A stretch of DNA of 64,000 nucleotides from Dehalococcoidia bacterium (lineage in GTDB: Bacteria; Chloroflexota; Dehalococcoidia; Lucifugimonadales; Australimonadaceae), in NCBI GenBank assembly GCA_963668465.1, contig OY764542.1:1094153-1158152 (forward strand). Reading direction: 5' to 3'. This document shows positions 54,974-64,000 of this stretch, in pieces. The notes beneath the pieces were generated by a model. It saw only the letters and a program-made list of their open reading frames with translations, made no database searches and was not told the DNA's origin. Position numbers and translations under genes: made by a program. How positions within the stretch are numbered: position 1 is the first letter of the stretch; every line of letters starts with the position of its first letter.

Positions 54974-55687
54974 ATGGTGAAGCACGGCAAGCGCTACCGC
55001 GCCGCGGCAGAGACGGTAGACCGGCAGCAGCGGTACGAACCCGCAGCGGCGATCGGCCTGCTGCGACAGACCGCTACGACCAAGTTCGACGAGACGGTGG
55101 AACTGCACCTGCGCACGAACGCCGACCCGCGCCACGCCGACCAGCAGCTGCGCGGCGTCGCCTCGCTCCCCCACGGTTTGGGAAAGCCCGTGCGCGTGGC
55201 GGTGTTCGTCGCCGGCGAGCGGGCACTCGCGGCCCAGGAAGCCGGAGCGGAGGTCGTCGGGGCCGACGACCTCATCGAGCGCATCGAGGGCGGATTCCTG
55301 GACTTCGACGTTGCCATCGCCACGCCGGACATGATGGGCAAGATCGGGCGCCTGGGCAGGCTGCTGGGCCGCCGAGGCCTCATGCCGAACCCGCGCACGA
55401 ACACCGTCGTCCAGCCGCAGGACATCCCGGACGCCGTCCGGGAGGCAAAGAAGGGACGAGTCGAGCTGCGGATGGACCGCACCGCCATCATCCACTCGCC
55501 GGTGGGCAAGACGAGTTTCCCTGACGAGCAGCTGCTCGAGAACGTGGCCTCCATCATGGACACGGTGAACCGGCTCCGCCCGGCAGCCGTGAAGGGCCAG
55601 TTCATCAAGACAGCGCACCTCACGACCACGATGGGCCCCAGCGTCCCCTTGGACGTGGGCTCGACGGCGGCGATGAGAGTCGAGTAG
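54974..55687 (+). CDS. rplA: 50S ribosomal protein L1
   Basis: ..FDETVELHLRTNADPRHADQQLRG...LPHG.GK..RV.VF.. Confidence 0.95.
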   Translation: MVKHGKRYRAAAETVDRQQRYEPAAAIGLLRQTATTKFDETVELHLRTNADPRHADQQLRGVASLPHGLGKPVRVAVFVAGERALAAQEAGAEVVGADDLIERIEGGFLDFDVAIATPDMMGKIGRLGRLLGRRGLMPNPRTNTVVQPQDIPDAVREAKKGRVELRMDRTAIIHSPVGKTSFPDEQLLENVASIMDTVNRLRPAAVKGQFIKTAHLTTTMGPSVPLDVGSTAAMRVE

Positions 55688-55699
55688 ACTGAGTACGAC

Positions 55700-55854
55700 A
55701 AGCGAATAGCCAACGCCGAAGACCGTGGGTCCCCGCATCGCGGGGTTAAGCCGGAAGGGCCCACCGAGGCGCGCCTAACAGCCTCCCATCCAACATGAGG
55801 AGCCCAGGGCCCGCGTCTTCGGAAGCGGGTCTTTTCTTATGGAGAGGTGAAACA
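55700..55854 (+). promoter_or_regulatory. rplJ (L10) leader region with a UUCG-capped hairpin followed by a T-rich tract
   Basis: cccgcgtc-ttcg-gaagcggg then tcttttctt at 55810-55839. Its position upstream of rplJ matches the known L10-leader autoregulatory site. The fold was not verified. Confidence 0.45.
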
Positions 55855-56379
55855 GTGCCGACGGAAGCGAAACGGGAAGCAGTGACAGACCTGGCGGAGC
55901 GCGTGAGCAAAGCCGCTATCGTCATCGCCACGGACTTCTCCGGGCTCAAGGTCAACCAGATGACCGAACTGCGGCATCGCCTGCGCGAGCAGGGTGTCGA
56001 GTACAGGGTCGTCAAGAACCGCATCGCGTCCATCGCGGCCGCCGAGTCGGGGGTCGAGGCGTTCCGGGACATCCTGGAAGGCGCGACCGGCGTGGTGCTG
56101 GGCTACGAGGACCCGGTAGCAGCGGCGAAGGCCGTGAACGACTTCGTGCGACAGACTCGCGCGGAGTTGAAGGTACGCAAGGGTGTGATGGACGGAGCGC
56201 TGATCAGCGAGGCGCAGGTCGTCGCGCTGGCCGCGCTGCCAGGCAGGGACGAACTCATTGCCAGACTGCTGGGGCAAATGAACGCCCCCATCAGCGGCCT
56301 GGTGAACGTGCTGAGCGGCCCGACACGGGCGCTCGCCATCGTGCTGCAGCGCCGTGCGGAGCAGTTGGGCGCTGCCTGA
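55855..56379 (+). CDS. rplJ: 50S ribosomal protein L10
   Basis: GTG 55855 preceded by GGAGAGGTG. PTEAKREAVTDLAERVSKAAIVIATDFSGLKVNQMTELR.. The track ORF starts 60 nt earlier. Confidence 0.9.
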   Translation: MPTEAKREAVTDLAERVSKAAIVIATDFSGLKVNQMTELRHRLREQGVEYRVVKNRIASIAAAESGVEAFRDILEGATGVVLGYEDPVAAAKAVNDFVRQTRAELKVRKGVMDGALISEAQVVALAALPGRDELIARLLGQMNAPISGLVNVLSGPTRALAIVLQRRAEQLGAA

Positions 56380-56423
56380 TAAAGAAAGCAAGAACGTAAA
56401 CCGGAAAAGAGGAGGACGTACAA

Positions 56424-56804
56424 GTGGCAACCAAGGAAGAACTCATCGAGTCGATCAAGACCCTCTCCGTGCTGGAGCTCTCAGAGCTGGTGAAGGCACT
56501 GGAAGAGGAGTTCGGCGTGAGCGCAGCCGCGCCGGTGGCAGTCGCCGCCGCCCCTACCGCGGGCGGAGACGCTGCAGAAGCAGCGGAGGAACAGTTTGAG
56601 TTCACCGTGACGCTGACGGACATCGGCGCGAACAAGATCAACGTCATCAAGACCGTGCGCGAGCTGACGAACCTCGGCCTGCGCGAGGCGAAGGAGATGG
56701 TGGAGAGCGCCCCCGTCGCCGTGCGGGAGAGCGTCAGCAAGGAAGAGGCCGAGGACACGAAGAAGAAGCTGGAGGAGACTGGCGCGACCGTAACCGTCGC
56801 GTAG
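56424..56804 (+). CDS. rplL: 50S ribosomal protein L7/L12
   Basis: ..[24 protein letters not shown].. and the C-terminal [24 protein letters not shown]. Confidence 0.97.
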   Translation: MATKEELIESIKTLSVLELSELVKALEEEFGVSAAAPVAVAAAPTAGGDAAEAAEEQFEFTVTLTDIGANKINVIKTVRELTNLGLREAKEMVESAPVAVRESVSKEEAEDTKKKLEETGATVTVA

Positions 56805-56829
56805 TTCCTGCAACCCATAGTGGAACCAA

Positions 56830-56857
56830 GGGGCGGTCTTGCAGAAGGCCGCCCTTT
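56830..56857 (+). terminator. Candidate intrinsic terminator after rplL
   Basis: ggggcgg-tcttgcagaagg-ccgccc followed by only three T; a weak T-tract. Confidence 0.35.
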
Positions 56858-56882
56858 CCGCATCCGGGAGAGGGAGGGTGTC

Positions 56883-57413
56883 ATGTCGTCGTTGGGACAG
56901 GTGATCAAGGACGCGCTGAACAGGAACGAGGAATATATGCTGGCCGCGGTTGACGGCCTCTCCGCCGAGGAGTTACATCAGCGCCCGGCGCCGGAGTCCA
57001 ACCCCATCGGCTGGTTGATGTGGCATCTTTCGCGGGTGCAGGACTTCGCGGTGTCCAGCATGAGCGCGCAGGAGACGGTGTGGGTGCGCGACGGCTGGTA
57101 CGAGCGCTTCAACATGGCGCCGGACCCGGCCTACCGCGGCAACGGCGACACCAACGAGCAGGTGGACGCGTTCGCTTCGCCTCCGGCAGAGACGCTGCTC
57201 GACTACTACAGGGCAGTGCGCGCCAACACGGACGCCTTCCTCGACTCGCTAAACGAGGCCGACCTCGAGCGCATGGTGCCGCCCGTGCGGGGAACGGAGC
57301 TCGTGCCGCTGCGCGAGCGGCTGCCGGGCATCATCGTGGAGTCCATCCATCACGGCGGCCAGGTCTGCTACGCGCGAGGCGCGTTGCAGGGTCGGGGCTG
57401 GCTGAACCGGTAG
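56883..57413 (+). CDS. DinB-family protein
   Basis: ..NPIGWLMWHLSRVQD.. and a C-terminal ESIHHGGQV, typical of DinB_2. ATG 56883 follows GGAGAGGGAGG. Confidence 0.65.
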   Translation: MSSLGQVIKDALNRNEEYMLAAVDGLSAEELHQRPAPESNPIGWLMWHLSRVQDFAVSSMSAQETVWVRDGWYERFNMAPDPAYRGNGDTNEQVDAFASPPAETLLDYYRAVRANTDAFLDSLNEADLERMVPPVRGTELVPLRERLPGIIVESIHHGGQVCYARGALQGRGWLNR

Positions 57414-57467
57414 CGCACACTCCAAGGACTTGCGTAACCCTGCCGCACGCCCCTCGCCCCACCAAGC

Positions 57468-57510
57468 CATCCCCATCCTAACCTTCCCCCATCAAGGGGG
57501 AAGGGACCCT
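57468..57510 (+). repeat. REP-like 43-nt palindromic element, copy c (intergenic)
   Basis: catccccatcctaaccttcccccatcaagggggaagggaccct, lying between convergent genes. Confidence 0.8.
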
Positions 57511-57515
57511 CGGCC

Positions 57516-58118
57516 CTACCCGCCCCACGACTCGTGGTGCGTTACCTCGGACACAGGCCTACGTCCTGCGCCACCGAACCGTTCGCTATCCGCCGGGTAG
57601 CCCATCGCAATCATGCAGGAGGTGGCGTAGTCGTCCGGTATGCCGAGCAGCGCCTTCACCTCCCCTTCCCTCCTCATGTGGAACGTCGTGATGACCGTGC
57701 CGATGCCCAGGGCAGTGGCGGCGAGCATGAGGTTCTGCGCCGCCGGGTAGATGGATGAGCCGGTCTGGAAGGACGGCGCTCGGCCTCCTCCCGCTGAGAT
57801 GCAGGGGAAGATGAGCACGGGCGTCTCAGCCATGTGCTCCGCGAGGTACTCGGCTGAACGGTAGACGGCGTTGCGCGGTCGGCTGGGGTCGGACGCATAC
57901 ATCCCCACCCATCCCTCGTGGTACCACTCCGCTATGCGTTTTTTCTTCGCAGGGTCAGTTACGACGACGAACGCCCAGGGCTGCCGATTGCCGCCTGACG
58001 GAGCGTGCGTCGCCGCCTCGATGATGCGTTCGATGACCTCCCTCGGAACGGAGTCCGGTTTGAATCGGCGGATGGCCCGTTGGGCGTAGAGCGTCTCGAA
58101 CAGTTCCGGTTCCGGCAT
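57516..58118 (-). CDS. Nitroreductase-family protein
   Basis: RRAIRRF.. start, APSGGNRQPW, and a nitroreductase-fold length of 200 aa. Confidence 0.8.
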   Translation of the reverse strand: MPEPELFETLYAQRAIRRFKPDSVPREVIERIIEAATHAPSGGNRQPWAFVVVTDPAKKKRIAEWYHEGWVGMYASDPSRPRNAVYRSAEYLAEHMAETPVLIFPCISAGGGRAPSFQTGSSIYPAAQNLMLAATALGIGTVITTFHMRREGEVKALLGIPDDYATSCMIAMGYPADSERFGGAGRRPVSEVTHHESWGG

Positions 58119-58176
58119 CCAATCCTCCTTGCCACGATGGAGGTTCGAGTCTACTACGGGCCCACCTTCGTCTGGC

Positions 58177-58728
58177 TCACCAGCGCTCGGTGCCGGGTTC
58201 TCCCTTGAACGGCCCCACGATATTGGACGTTACCCAGCCACCGTAGTAGCCACCCGGTTGCGGAGTAACGCGCTCGTCGCCGACGTAGCAGGCATCCGCT
58301 CGCCCCGCGTGGAAAGCGAACCATCCGGCGATGGCCTCGTAGCCCTCGAACGGCGACGAGTAGCACCACGCTGCTGCCTGGGCTTCGCGTCCGCGCACGC
58401 TGAGCGTCCAGTAGGACGCCTCCCCTTTCCATTCGCAGAGCGTCGTGTGGCTCATGGGGAGGAGGAAGACTTGCTTCACGTCTTCCGGCGGGAAGTAGTA
58501 GACAGGTGCGCCAGCCGTCTCGCAGACGCGCATCCCATGCGCGGTTTCCGCGACGGTCACGCCCGCGAATTCGACGCGCAGCAGCGCGCCTGCCTGCTCC
58601 AAACGAGGCGGGCGTGGGTAGTCCCACACCGACTCCTGGCCGGGGCCGGGCGTTTCAACGTTCACCGGGCGCTCGCGCGGAAATGCTCGCCAGTAGGCTA
58701 CCTGCTCTTCTGTTGTCCGGTCCGCCAT
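58177..58728 (-). CDS. DUF427 domain protein
   Basis: 183 aa from ATG 58728. ..YYFP.EDV......S.....C.WKG.ASYW.. occurs twice (bipartite DUF427 pattern). The upstream part of the track ORF is discarded. Confidence 0.6.
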   Translation of the reverse strand: MADRTTEEQVAYWRAFPRERPVNVETPGPGQESVWDYPRPPRLEQAGALLRVEFAGVTVAETAHGMRVCETAGAPVYYFPPEDVKQVFLLPMSHTTLCEWKGEASYWTLSVRGREAQAAAWCYSSPFEGYEAIAGWFAFHAGRADACYVGDERVTPQPGGYYGGWVTSNIVGPFKGEPGTERW

Positions 58729-58782
58729 CGTGTGACACCAGCCTGTAGCGCGTTCGCGGTTATCTTTCGGATGATATCTGCG

Positions 58783-59526
58783 ATGAGCGACCCCGAAGCA
58801 ACGACGAACGTCGAACGGATACTGCACGAGCCGCGATACCGCCCGGTGCTGATACGGGACATGCCCGGCGAACAGCGCCCCCGGGAGCGCCTGCGCGACG
58901 CAGGGCCTGACGCGCTGAGCGACGCAGAACTGCTCGCGATCCTCCTCCGCACGGGTACGAAATCGGAGAGCGTCGTAGCGCTTGCGAACCGGCTGCTGGC
59001 CGAGGCGGGTGGCCTCGAACCCCTCGCGCGGGTGTCGCACGGCGAGTTGTGCGCGTTCCACGGCTTCGGAGAGGCGAAGGCCGCACATCTGCTGGCCGCG
59101 TTGGAGCTGGGAAGGCGCATCGCCACGCTGAGCGACGACGACGGTCCGCCCGTGCTCCAGACATCGGTGGACGTAGCGCGGATGATGAAGCCGATCATGG
59201 AGTTCCTCCCGCAGGAACAGTTGCGCGTGCTGTCGCTCAACTCGCGGAACCAGCTATTGGCCTCCTCCACGGTGTTCATGGGGACAGTGAACAGCGTGAG
59301 CGTCCGCCCGGTCGAAGTGTTCCGGCAAGCTGTGCAGGTGAACGCCCCAAGCGTGGTGATGGTGCATAACCATCCGTCCGGAGACCCCGATCCGAGCGCA
59401 GCGGACGTGGCGCTGACGAAGGAGATAGCCGCCGTCGGCAAGACGCTGGACATCAAGCTGGCGGACCACGTCGTTGTGGCACGGGACGGCTACGTAAGCA
59501 TGCGCGACAGAGAGATCCTCAAGTAG
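58783..59526 (+). CDS. radC: RadC-family JAB/MPN-domain protein
   Basis: ..LSDAELLAILLRTGT.. and HNHPSGDPDPSAADVALT (JAMM motif). An alternative start is ATG 58771. The long upstream extension in the track is noise. Confidence 0.85.
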   Translation: MSDPEATTNVERILHEPRYRPVLIRDMPGEQRPRERLRDAGPDALSDAELLAILLRTGTKSESVVALANRLLAEAGGLEPLARVSHGELCAFHGFGEAKAAHLLAALELGRRIATLSDDDGPPVLQTSVDVARMMKPIMEFLPQEQLRVLSLNSRNQLLASSTVFMGTVNSVSVRPVEVFRQAVQVNAPSVVMVHNHPSGDPDPSAADVALTKEIAAVGKTLDIKLADHVVVARDGYVSMRDREILK

Positions 59527-59637
59527 CGCAGCGCACCGAAGGCGGCCATCCTCACGAGAAGAACCCGGCAGCGTTTGGCGTATCCTTGAGTACAATTCCG
59601 ATCAGCCGATGACGGCGCGCCCTAAGGAGAGACACGG

Positions 59638-60429
59638 ATGGCAGAAGTTTCCCGACACGAGCCCGGCATGTTCAACTGGGTGGACCTGATGACCACCGAC
59701 GTTGAGAGCGCGAGGGCGTTCTACACCCAACTGCTCGGGTGCGAGACCGTCGACAACCCGGTGAGCGACGACCTCGTCTACACCCTCTTCAGCCGGAACG
59801 GAAAGAACATCGCCGGGATGTCGCCGATGATGCCGGATCTGTTGGAGCAGGGCGTGCCTCCCCACTGGAATTCCTACGTTGCGGTTGTGAACGTGGAGGA
59901 GGCGGCAGCGAAGGCGGCCAGCCTTGGCGGGACGGTGATCCTGCCGCCGATGGACGTGATGGAGTTCGGGCGGATGACCAGCATCATCGACCCGACCGGC
60001 GCCGTCCTGAACCTGTGGGAGGCGAAGGCGCACATAGGCGCGGACCTCATCGGCGAGCCGGGCGCGTTCTGCTGGGCCGAGCTGTACACCCACGACACAG
60101 ACGCAGCGAGCAGATTCTACGCGGGCCTATTCGGGTGGGCAGTTGAGCAGGTGCCAGGCGCGGGCGGCATGCCGTACAACCTGTTCACGAGCGGGGGTGC
60201 ACCCGCTGCGGGGATGCTCGCCATCCAGCCGATCTGGGGCGAGGTACCGCCGAACTGGACGGCCTACTTCGCGGTGGACAACCTGGACGCGGCGCTGGAG
60301 AAGGCGCAAGCGATGGGCGGCAGCATGCAGGTGCAGCCGATGTCCATACCGGGGATAGGACGAATCAGCCTCATCACCGACCCCCAGCACGTCTACGTGA
60401 TGCTCATGGAATTGGAGGCGACAGCCTGA
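59638..60429 (+). CDS. Two-domain VOC (glyoxalase/bleomycin-resistance fold) protein
   Basis: Two tandem F.WV.L.T.D...A..FY..L.GW halves; 263 aa. Confidence 0.7.
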   Translation: MAEVSRHEPGMFNWVDLMTTDVESARAFYTQLLGCETVDNPVSDDLVYTLFSRNGKNIAGMSPMMPDLLEQGVPPHWNSYVAVVNVEEAAAKAASLGGTVILPPMDVMEFGRMTSIIDPTGAVLNLWEAKAHIGADLIGEPGAFCWAELYTHDTDAASRFYAGLFGWAVEQVPGAGGMPYNLFTSGGAPAAGMLAIQPIWGEVPPNWTAYFAVDNLDAALEKAQAMGGSMQVQPMSIPGIGRISLITDPQHVYVMLMELEATA

Positions 60430-60499
60430 CCCGTGCCCAGGGCCGGAGCAGGCGGGCGCGGCTCCCAGCCCGCCCCGAAGGTGAGGTAAGCGTAGCGCG

Positions 60500-62260
60500 A
60501 TGGAACTGAGTACCGAGCTCTTCGACGATATCGTCGTCATCCTCATTGCGGCGGGGGCCGGCGGGCTCGGCGCGCGCCTGCTGCGCCTGCCTCCCCTCAT
60601 CGGCTACCTCGTGGCAGGCGCGGTAGTGGGGCCACACGCGCTGGGCATGGTGACACAGCTGGAGGACGTCCAAACGCTGGCCGAATTCGGCGTCATCCTC
60701 CTGCTCTTTGCCGTGGGCGTGGAGATATCGCTGTCGGACCTGCGCCGACTCGGCTGGCGCGTACTGGTCGCCAGCGTGGGCCAGATCACGCTGACGATAG
60801 CCGTGGGCTACGGCATCGGCACGGCGCTCGGTTGGGACGCAGGCGCGTCGCTCACCGCGGGCCTGGCACTCTCACTCAGCAGCACGATGGTTGCGCTCAA
60901 GACGCTGAACGATCGTGGCGAACTGGGTTCGCTGCATGGACGCCTCGCAGCGGGGATGCTGCTAGTACAGGATCTTGCGTTCGTGCCGATGATGGCTGTG
61001 ATCGCGGCTCTGGGAGGAGAAGGCGAATCGCTCGCCACGGAGTTGGCTATCAGCGCCGCGAAGGCAGCGGCCATCCTCGCGGGAGTGTGGTTCGTGGGTT
61101 CGCTCGGCCTCCCGTGGCTGCTCAAGCGCGTGGCGCTGATAGGAGCGCGGGAGTCATTCGTCGTGACAGTGATGGCTGCGGCGCTCGGCGCGGCGGCGCT
61201 CACGTCCTGGGCCGGACTTTCCGCGCCGCTGGGGGCGTTCGTCGCGGGGTTGGTGCTGAGCGAATCGGACTGGGCAGGACGCCGCGCCCTGGCGGAGGTG
61301 ATACCCGTCCGTGACGTCTTCGCGGCGTTGTTCTTCGTGTCTCTGGGCATGCTTACCGATCTCAACTTCCTTGCTTCGCACGTCGGCGAGGTGGCGCTCT
61401 TCATCGGGGCGTCGATCGTGGTCAAGCTCTTCCTCATCTACACGCTTTCCCGGGCGTTGGGCTACCTGCCGGACACCGCAGCCCGTACCGGGTTCCAGAT
61501 GATCCAGATAGGGGAGTTCAGCTTCATCGTTGCGGGCACTGCGGTTGCACTGGGAGTCGCGGGAGAGGAGCTGCTGCCGCTCATCATCACGGCGGCAGTG
61601 GTCACGATGGGGATAACGCCGGGATTCGTGGCAGTGGCGTCGAAGGTGCTGACATCCCTCCGGACGCGCTCCACCTTCTTTGAGCGGCACCTTGCGGGCG
61701 CGACTGGTGCGGAGTCGGCGTTGGAGCGCGGAGCCGCACTGCAGGGGCACGTGGTCATCGCGGGTTACGGGCGCGTGGGGTCGTTCATCGTGCAGGAGGT
61801 CAGCCGCCTCGGGCTGCCCTACATCGCGATCGAGTCCGACCCGGCGATCATCTCGCGCGAGATCGCGGATAACAACTCGTCGCTCATCTACGGCGACGCA
61901 ACGAATGACGGTGTGCTGACCGCGGCGGGCGTACAACACGCGCGGCTGTTCGTCGCGGCGCTCCCGGAGCACGTGTCGGCACTCGTTACCGTGCAGCACG
62001 TGCGGCGGCTCAACCCGGAGATACGCATCGTGAGCCGCGCCGGACGGCAGGAGGAGGTGCGTGCGCTGGAAGGCATCGGCGCCGACGCAGTCGTCTGGCC
62101 GGAACTGGAAGCGGCGCTGGAGATGATGCGGGTCTCCCTGCTGGACGTGGGCGTCGCGAAGCCAGTGGTCGAAGAACTCGTCGAAGAAGCCCGCGCCGAG
62201 ATGGGCGAGTGGGCTGACGATGATCCCCTCGCCGACGAGCCCTACGGTTCGTCCGTGTAG
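60500..62260 (+). CDS. Kef-type (CPA2) cation:proton antiporter with a C-terminal TrkA-N/RCK domain
   Basis: About 12 TM helices, then VVIAGYGRVGS (Rossmann) and an RCK_C-like tail. Confidence 0.85.
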   Translation: MELSTELFDDIVVILIAAGAGGLGARLLRLPPLIGYLVAGAVVGPHALGMVTQLEDVQTLAEFGVILLLFAVGVEISLSDLRRLGWRVLVASVGQITLTIAVGYGIGTALGWDAGASLTAGLALSLSSTMVALKTLNDRGELGSLHGRLAAGMLLVQDLAFVPMMAVIAALGGEGESLATELAISAAKAAAILAGVWFVGSLGLPWLLKRVALIGARESFVVTVMAAALGAAALTSWAGLSAPLGAFVAGLVLSESDWAGRRALAEVIPVRDVFAALFFVSLGMLTDLNFLASHVGEVALFIGASIVVKLFLIYTLSRALGYLPDTAARTGFQMIQIGEFSFIVAGTAVALGVAGEELLPLIITAAVVTMGITPGFVAVASKVLTSLRTRSTFFERHLAGATGAESALERGAALQGHVVIAGYGRVGSFIVQEVSRLGLPYIAIESDPAIISREIADNNSSLIYGDATNDGVLTAAGVQHARLFVAALPEHVSALVTVQHVRRLNPEIRIVSRAGRQEEVRALEGIGADAVVWPELEAALEMMRVSLLDVGVAKPVVEELVEEARAEMGEWADDDPLADEPYGSSV

Positions 62261-63369
62261 CCCTCCATCTGGGAGGTAGCGCCGCGCTTGGCCAGTTCCT
62301 CTTCGAAGTGTGACCGTATGGCCGGGTCCTCTTCCTTGAACTGTACCTGCGGCCCGCCGGTGTTCTTGTAGCGGGCGCCTACGTACCCCGCGTATCGGGG
62401 ATTGCCGTAGCGGAGCACGAGGTAGCGGATGGGTTCCGCGCTGCAGTTGAAGTGCTGGTGGTAGCCGGTGCCGGGCGACATGAGCGTGCCACCCCTGTAG
62501 TCCAACTGCTCCCATTCGGTGCCGGGCGACGGGTAGACGCCCTCTGGCCACTGCAGGTCATAGCCCTCCCCGCTCAGGAAGAGGTACGCCACGTCCGAGA
62601 CGAGTCCTGCCTTCTTGCGGTTCGCCTCACCGGTGTGCGCCTTCTTGTAGGTGCCCGCCGGGAACTCGGATAGGTGGCAGATGAAGTGGCCGTTGGCCAT
62701 GTTGATCATCATGTTCTCGCCCGGGCCCCGGGCGGTCCACCTGTCCAGCACGACGTTGTGCACGTTCGGAATGAAGTTCGTCTCCATGAACCGGTCCTCG
62801 ATCTTGGACGACTTCCCGCTGAAGTACAGCTCGTCGGTGGGGTCGAACCGGTCGGGGAACGTCATGGGGCAGTCGAAGATGAACTCCGGGCTGCCGTAGA
62901 GGTTGAAGGCGGTCGGGGCGTTGGTCGCGCCGTACAGCCGCACCGTCTCCTCGCCGCTGGCGTTGTACAGCTCGTGCCATGCATTGAGCGGAATGGAGAA
63001 GACGCTCCCCTCCTGCCATTCGAACGTGTGCTTCGGCTGGCCCTCGTACCAGACGGCGGTCGCGCCGCGTCCCTTGAGCACGAAGAAGATCTCCTCGTAC
63101 ATGTGGCGCTCGACGTTGAAGGTGCCCCCCGGTGGTATCTCGCAGACGAAGCGAATCGTTCCCTGGTTGTTGATGAGCGCACCATCGAGCGGGTCGGCGG
63201 TGAGGTCGAGCAGCGCGGCTTTCGTGCCGGTGCGCTCCCACGGTTCGACATCGATGGTGTGGATGTCATCGACGAGCTGCTGCGTGTGCACATGCAGTCC
63301 TTCGTCGGTCACCCATTTCTCGTAGGGGGTCAGTTTCCAAGGCTCGTAGCGATCGGTGATAGAGACCAT
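62242..63369 (-). CDS. Bicupin protein (gentisate-1,2-dioxygenase-like fold)
   Basis: Two cupin-like halves. AGGAGG lies upstream of ATG 63369. Its specificity is unknown. Confidence 0.5.
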   Translation of the reverse strand: MVSITDRYEPWKLTPYEKWVTDEGLHVHTQQLVDDIHTIDVEPWERTGTKAALLDLTADPLDGALINNQGTIRFVCEIPPGGTFNVERHMYEEIFFVLKGRGATAVWYEGQPKHTFEWQEGSVFSIPLNAWHELYNASGEETVRLYGATNAPTAFNLYGSPEFIFDCPMTFPDRFDPTDELYFSGKSSKIEDRFMETNFIPNVHNVVLDRWTARGPGENMMINMANGHFICHLSEFPAGTYKKAHTGEANRKKAGLVSDVAYLFLSGEGYDLQWPEGVYPSPGTEWEQLDYRGGTLMSPGTGYHQHFNCSAEPIRYLVLRYGNPRYAGYVGARYKNTGGPQVQFKEEDPAIRSHFEEELAKRGATSQMEGYTDEP

Positions 63370-63517
63370 GCCGCGCCTCCTCTGTTGTCTCCTCGGCTGG
63401 CCGGAGTATACGCCCACGCACGCTGCTTCGCGCGGTGCGAATCGGAAGGTGCTACGCTATCGCCACCAGACGCGACTACGACGGATCCGAGGCAGAGTAC
63501 GGGCAAAGGAGGCTGAC

Positions 63518-63910
63518 ATGGTGCAGGAAGCTCAGCAGTTGAAGATCAAGACGACGGGCATCGACCACGTCGTGCTCTGGGTGAACGACCTCCCCCGCGC
63601 CAAGCGCTTCTATACGGAAGTGCTGGGCATGACCGTGGGGCACGAGAGGGACTGGCAGTGCTTCCTCAAGTGCGGCGAGCACGACCAGGTGGCCCTGTTC
63701 GATGCGGGGCGCGTCGGTGGCTCGGTCAACGGGCGCGAGCTGAACCACATGGCGCTGCGCATGGAGCCCGCGAGCTACGAGGAGACGAAAGCGAGGCTCG
63801 AGGCGGAAGGCGTCGAGGTGCGGGGCCGCGCCGGCGACCCGACGTGCATCTACTTCGACGACCCGGATGGGCACGGGCTCCAGCTGCTCTACAAGGGGCA
63901 CGACGACTGA
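63518..63910 (+). CDS. VOC-family (glyoxalase-like) protein
   Basis: IDHVVLWVNDLPRAKRFYTEVLGM..HMALR..DPDGHGLQL. AAGGAGG lies upstream of ATG 63518. Confidence 0.75.
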   Translation: MVQEAQQLKIKTTGIDHVVLWVNDLPRAKRFYTEVLGMTVGHERDWQCFLKCGEHDQVALFDAGRVGGSVNGRELNHMALRMEPASYEETKARLEAEGVEVRGRAGDPTCIYFDDPDGHGLQLLYKGHDD

Positions 63911-64000
63911 TGGCGGACACCAAAGACGCCGCGCGGTCGGCGATAGACGCTGCGCGCGACGACCTGACAGCGCTAAGTAGGCGCATCCACGCGAACCCTG
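63910..64000 (+). CDS. 5' end of a gene running off the right edge (possibly an M20-type amidohydrolase)
   Basis: ATG 63910 overlaps the preceding stop (TGATG). MADTKDAARSAIDAARDDLTALSRRIHANP resembles the N-termini of M20 amidohydrolases. Only 30 codons are visible. Confidence 0.3.
   Translation, partial: MADTKDAARSAIDAARDDLTALSRRIHANP

Noticed and set aside
61154-62551. 465-aa minus-strand ORF overlapping the antiporter and cupin genes
   Set aside because: It is an Arg/His/Pro-rich shadow ORF. The plus-strand CPA2 antiporter, with TM helices and a Rossmann motif, explains the region.

Overview
High-G+C (by eye about 60-65%) bacterial chromosomal fragment; the phylum cannot be assigned from sequence alone. 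I read five parts. (1) 1-10.7 kb: about 950 bp of apparently non-coding DNA, then three same-strand genes for very large, internally repetitive surface proteins. These are a cadherin-repeat protein with a dockerin/EF-hand-like tail, a (PTAE)n-linker protein and a beta-sandwich/Calx-beta repeat protein. Long G/C homopolymer tracts sit at the 5' ends of the first two genes. (2) 10.7-17.7 kb: mobile-DNA debris. It holds IS3 and IS21 fragments, one complete IS21-family element (istA/istB, clear terminal inverted repeats), a tRNA 3'-end fragment, a frameshifted primase-Zn-finger/RecA-like ATPase gene, and a visibly lower-G+C two-gene module (unknown small protein plus an XRE-HTH/ImmA-IrrE metallopeptidase fusion). 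(3) 17.7-35.3 kb: metabolic genes separated by several families of palindromic intergenic repeats, then a polyketide locus. This comprises an acyl-CoA ligase, a 3358-aa type I PKS (KS-AT-DH-cMT-ER-KR-ACP-KS-degenerate AT, with no terminal ACP or TE) and a convergent ACP-PPTase-hydrolase operon. (4) 35.4-38.3 kb: a NarL-type two-component system bracketed by about 157-bp direct repeats made of the comM/yifB 5' end. (5) 38.2-64 kb: mostly housekeeping genes. These include comM, a fused EtfB-EtfA, trehalose otsA/otsB and the conserved tRNA(Thr-Tyr-Thr)-tuf-rpmG-secE-nusG-rplKAJL cluster, followed by DinB, nitroreductase, RadC, VOC, Kef-type antiporter and cupin genes. The items most worth follow-up are the homopolymer tracts at gene starts (one puts the cadherin gene out of frame with its SD-preceded ATG), the unusual PKS architecture, a REP-like hairpin embedded in-frame in the PKS, the comM-flanked two-component cassette and the low-G+C two-gene module. 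All family assignments come from motif recognition by eye; no database search was run.
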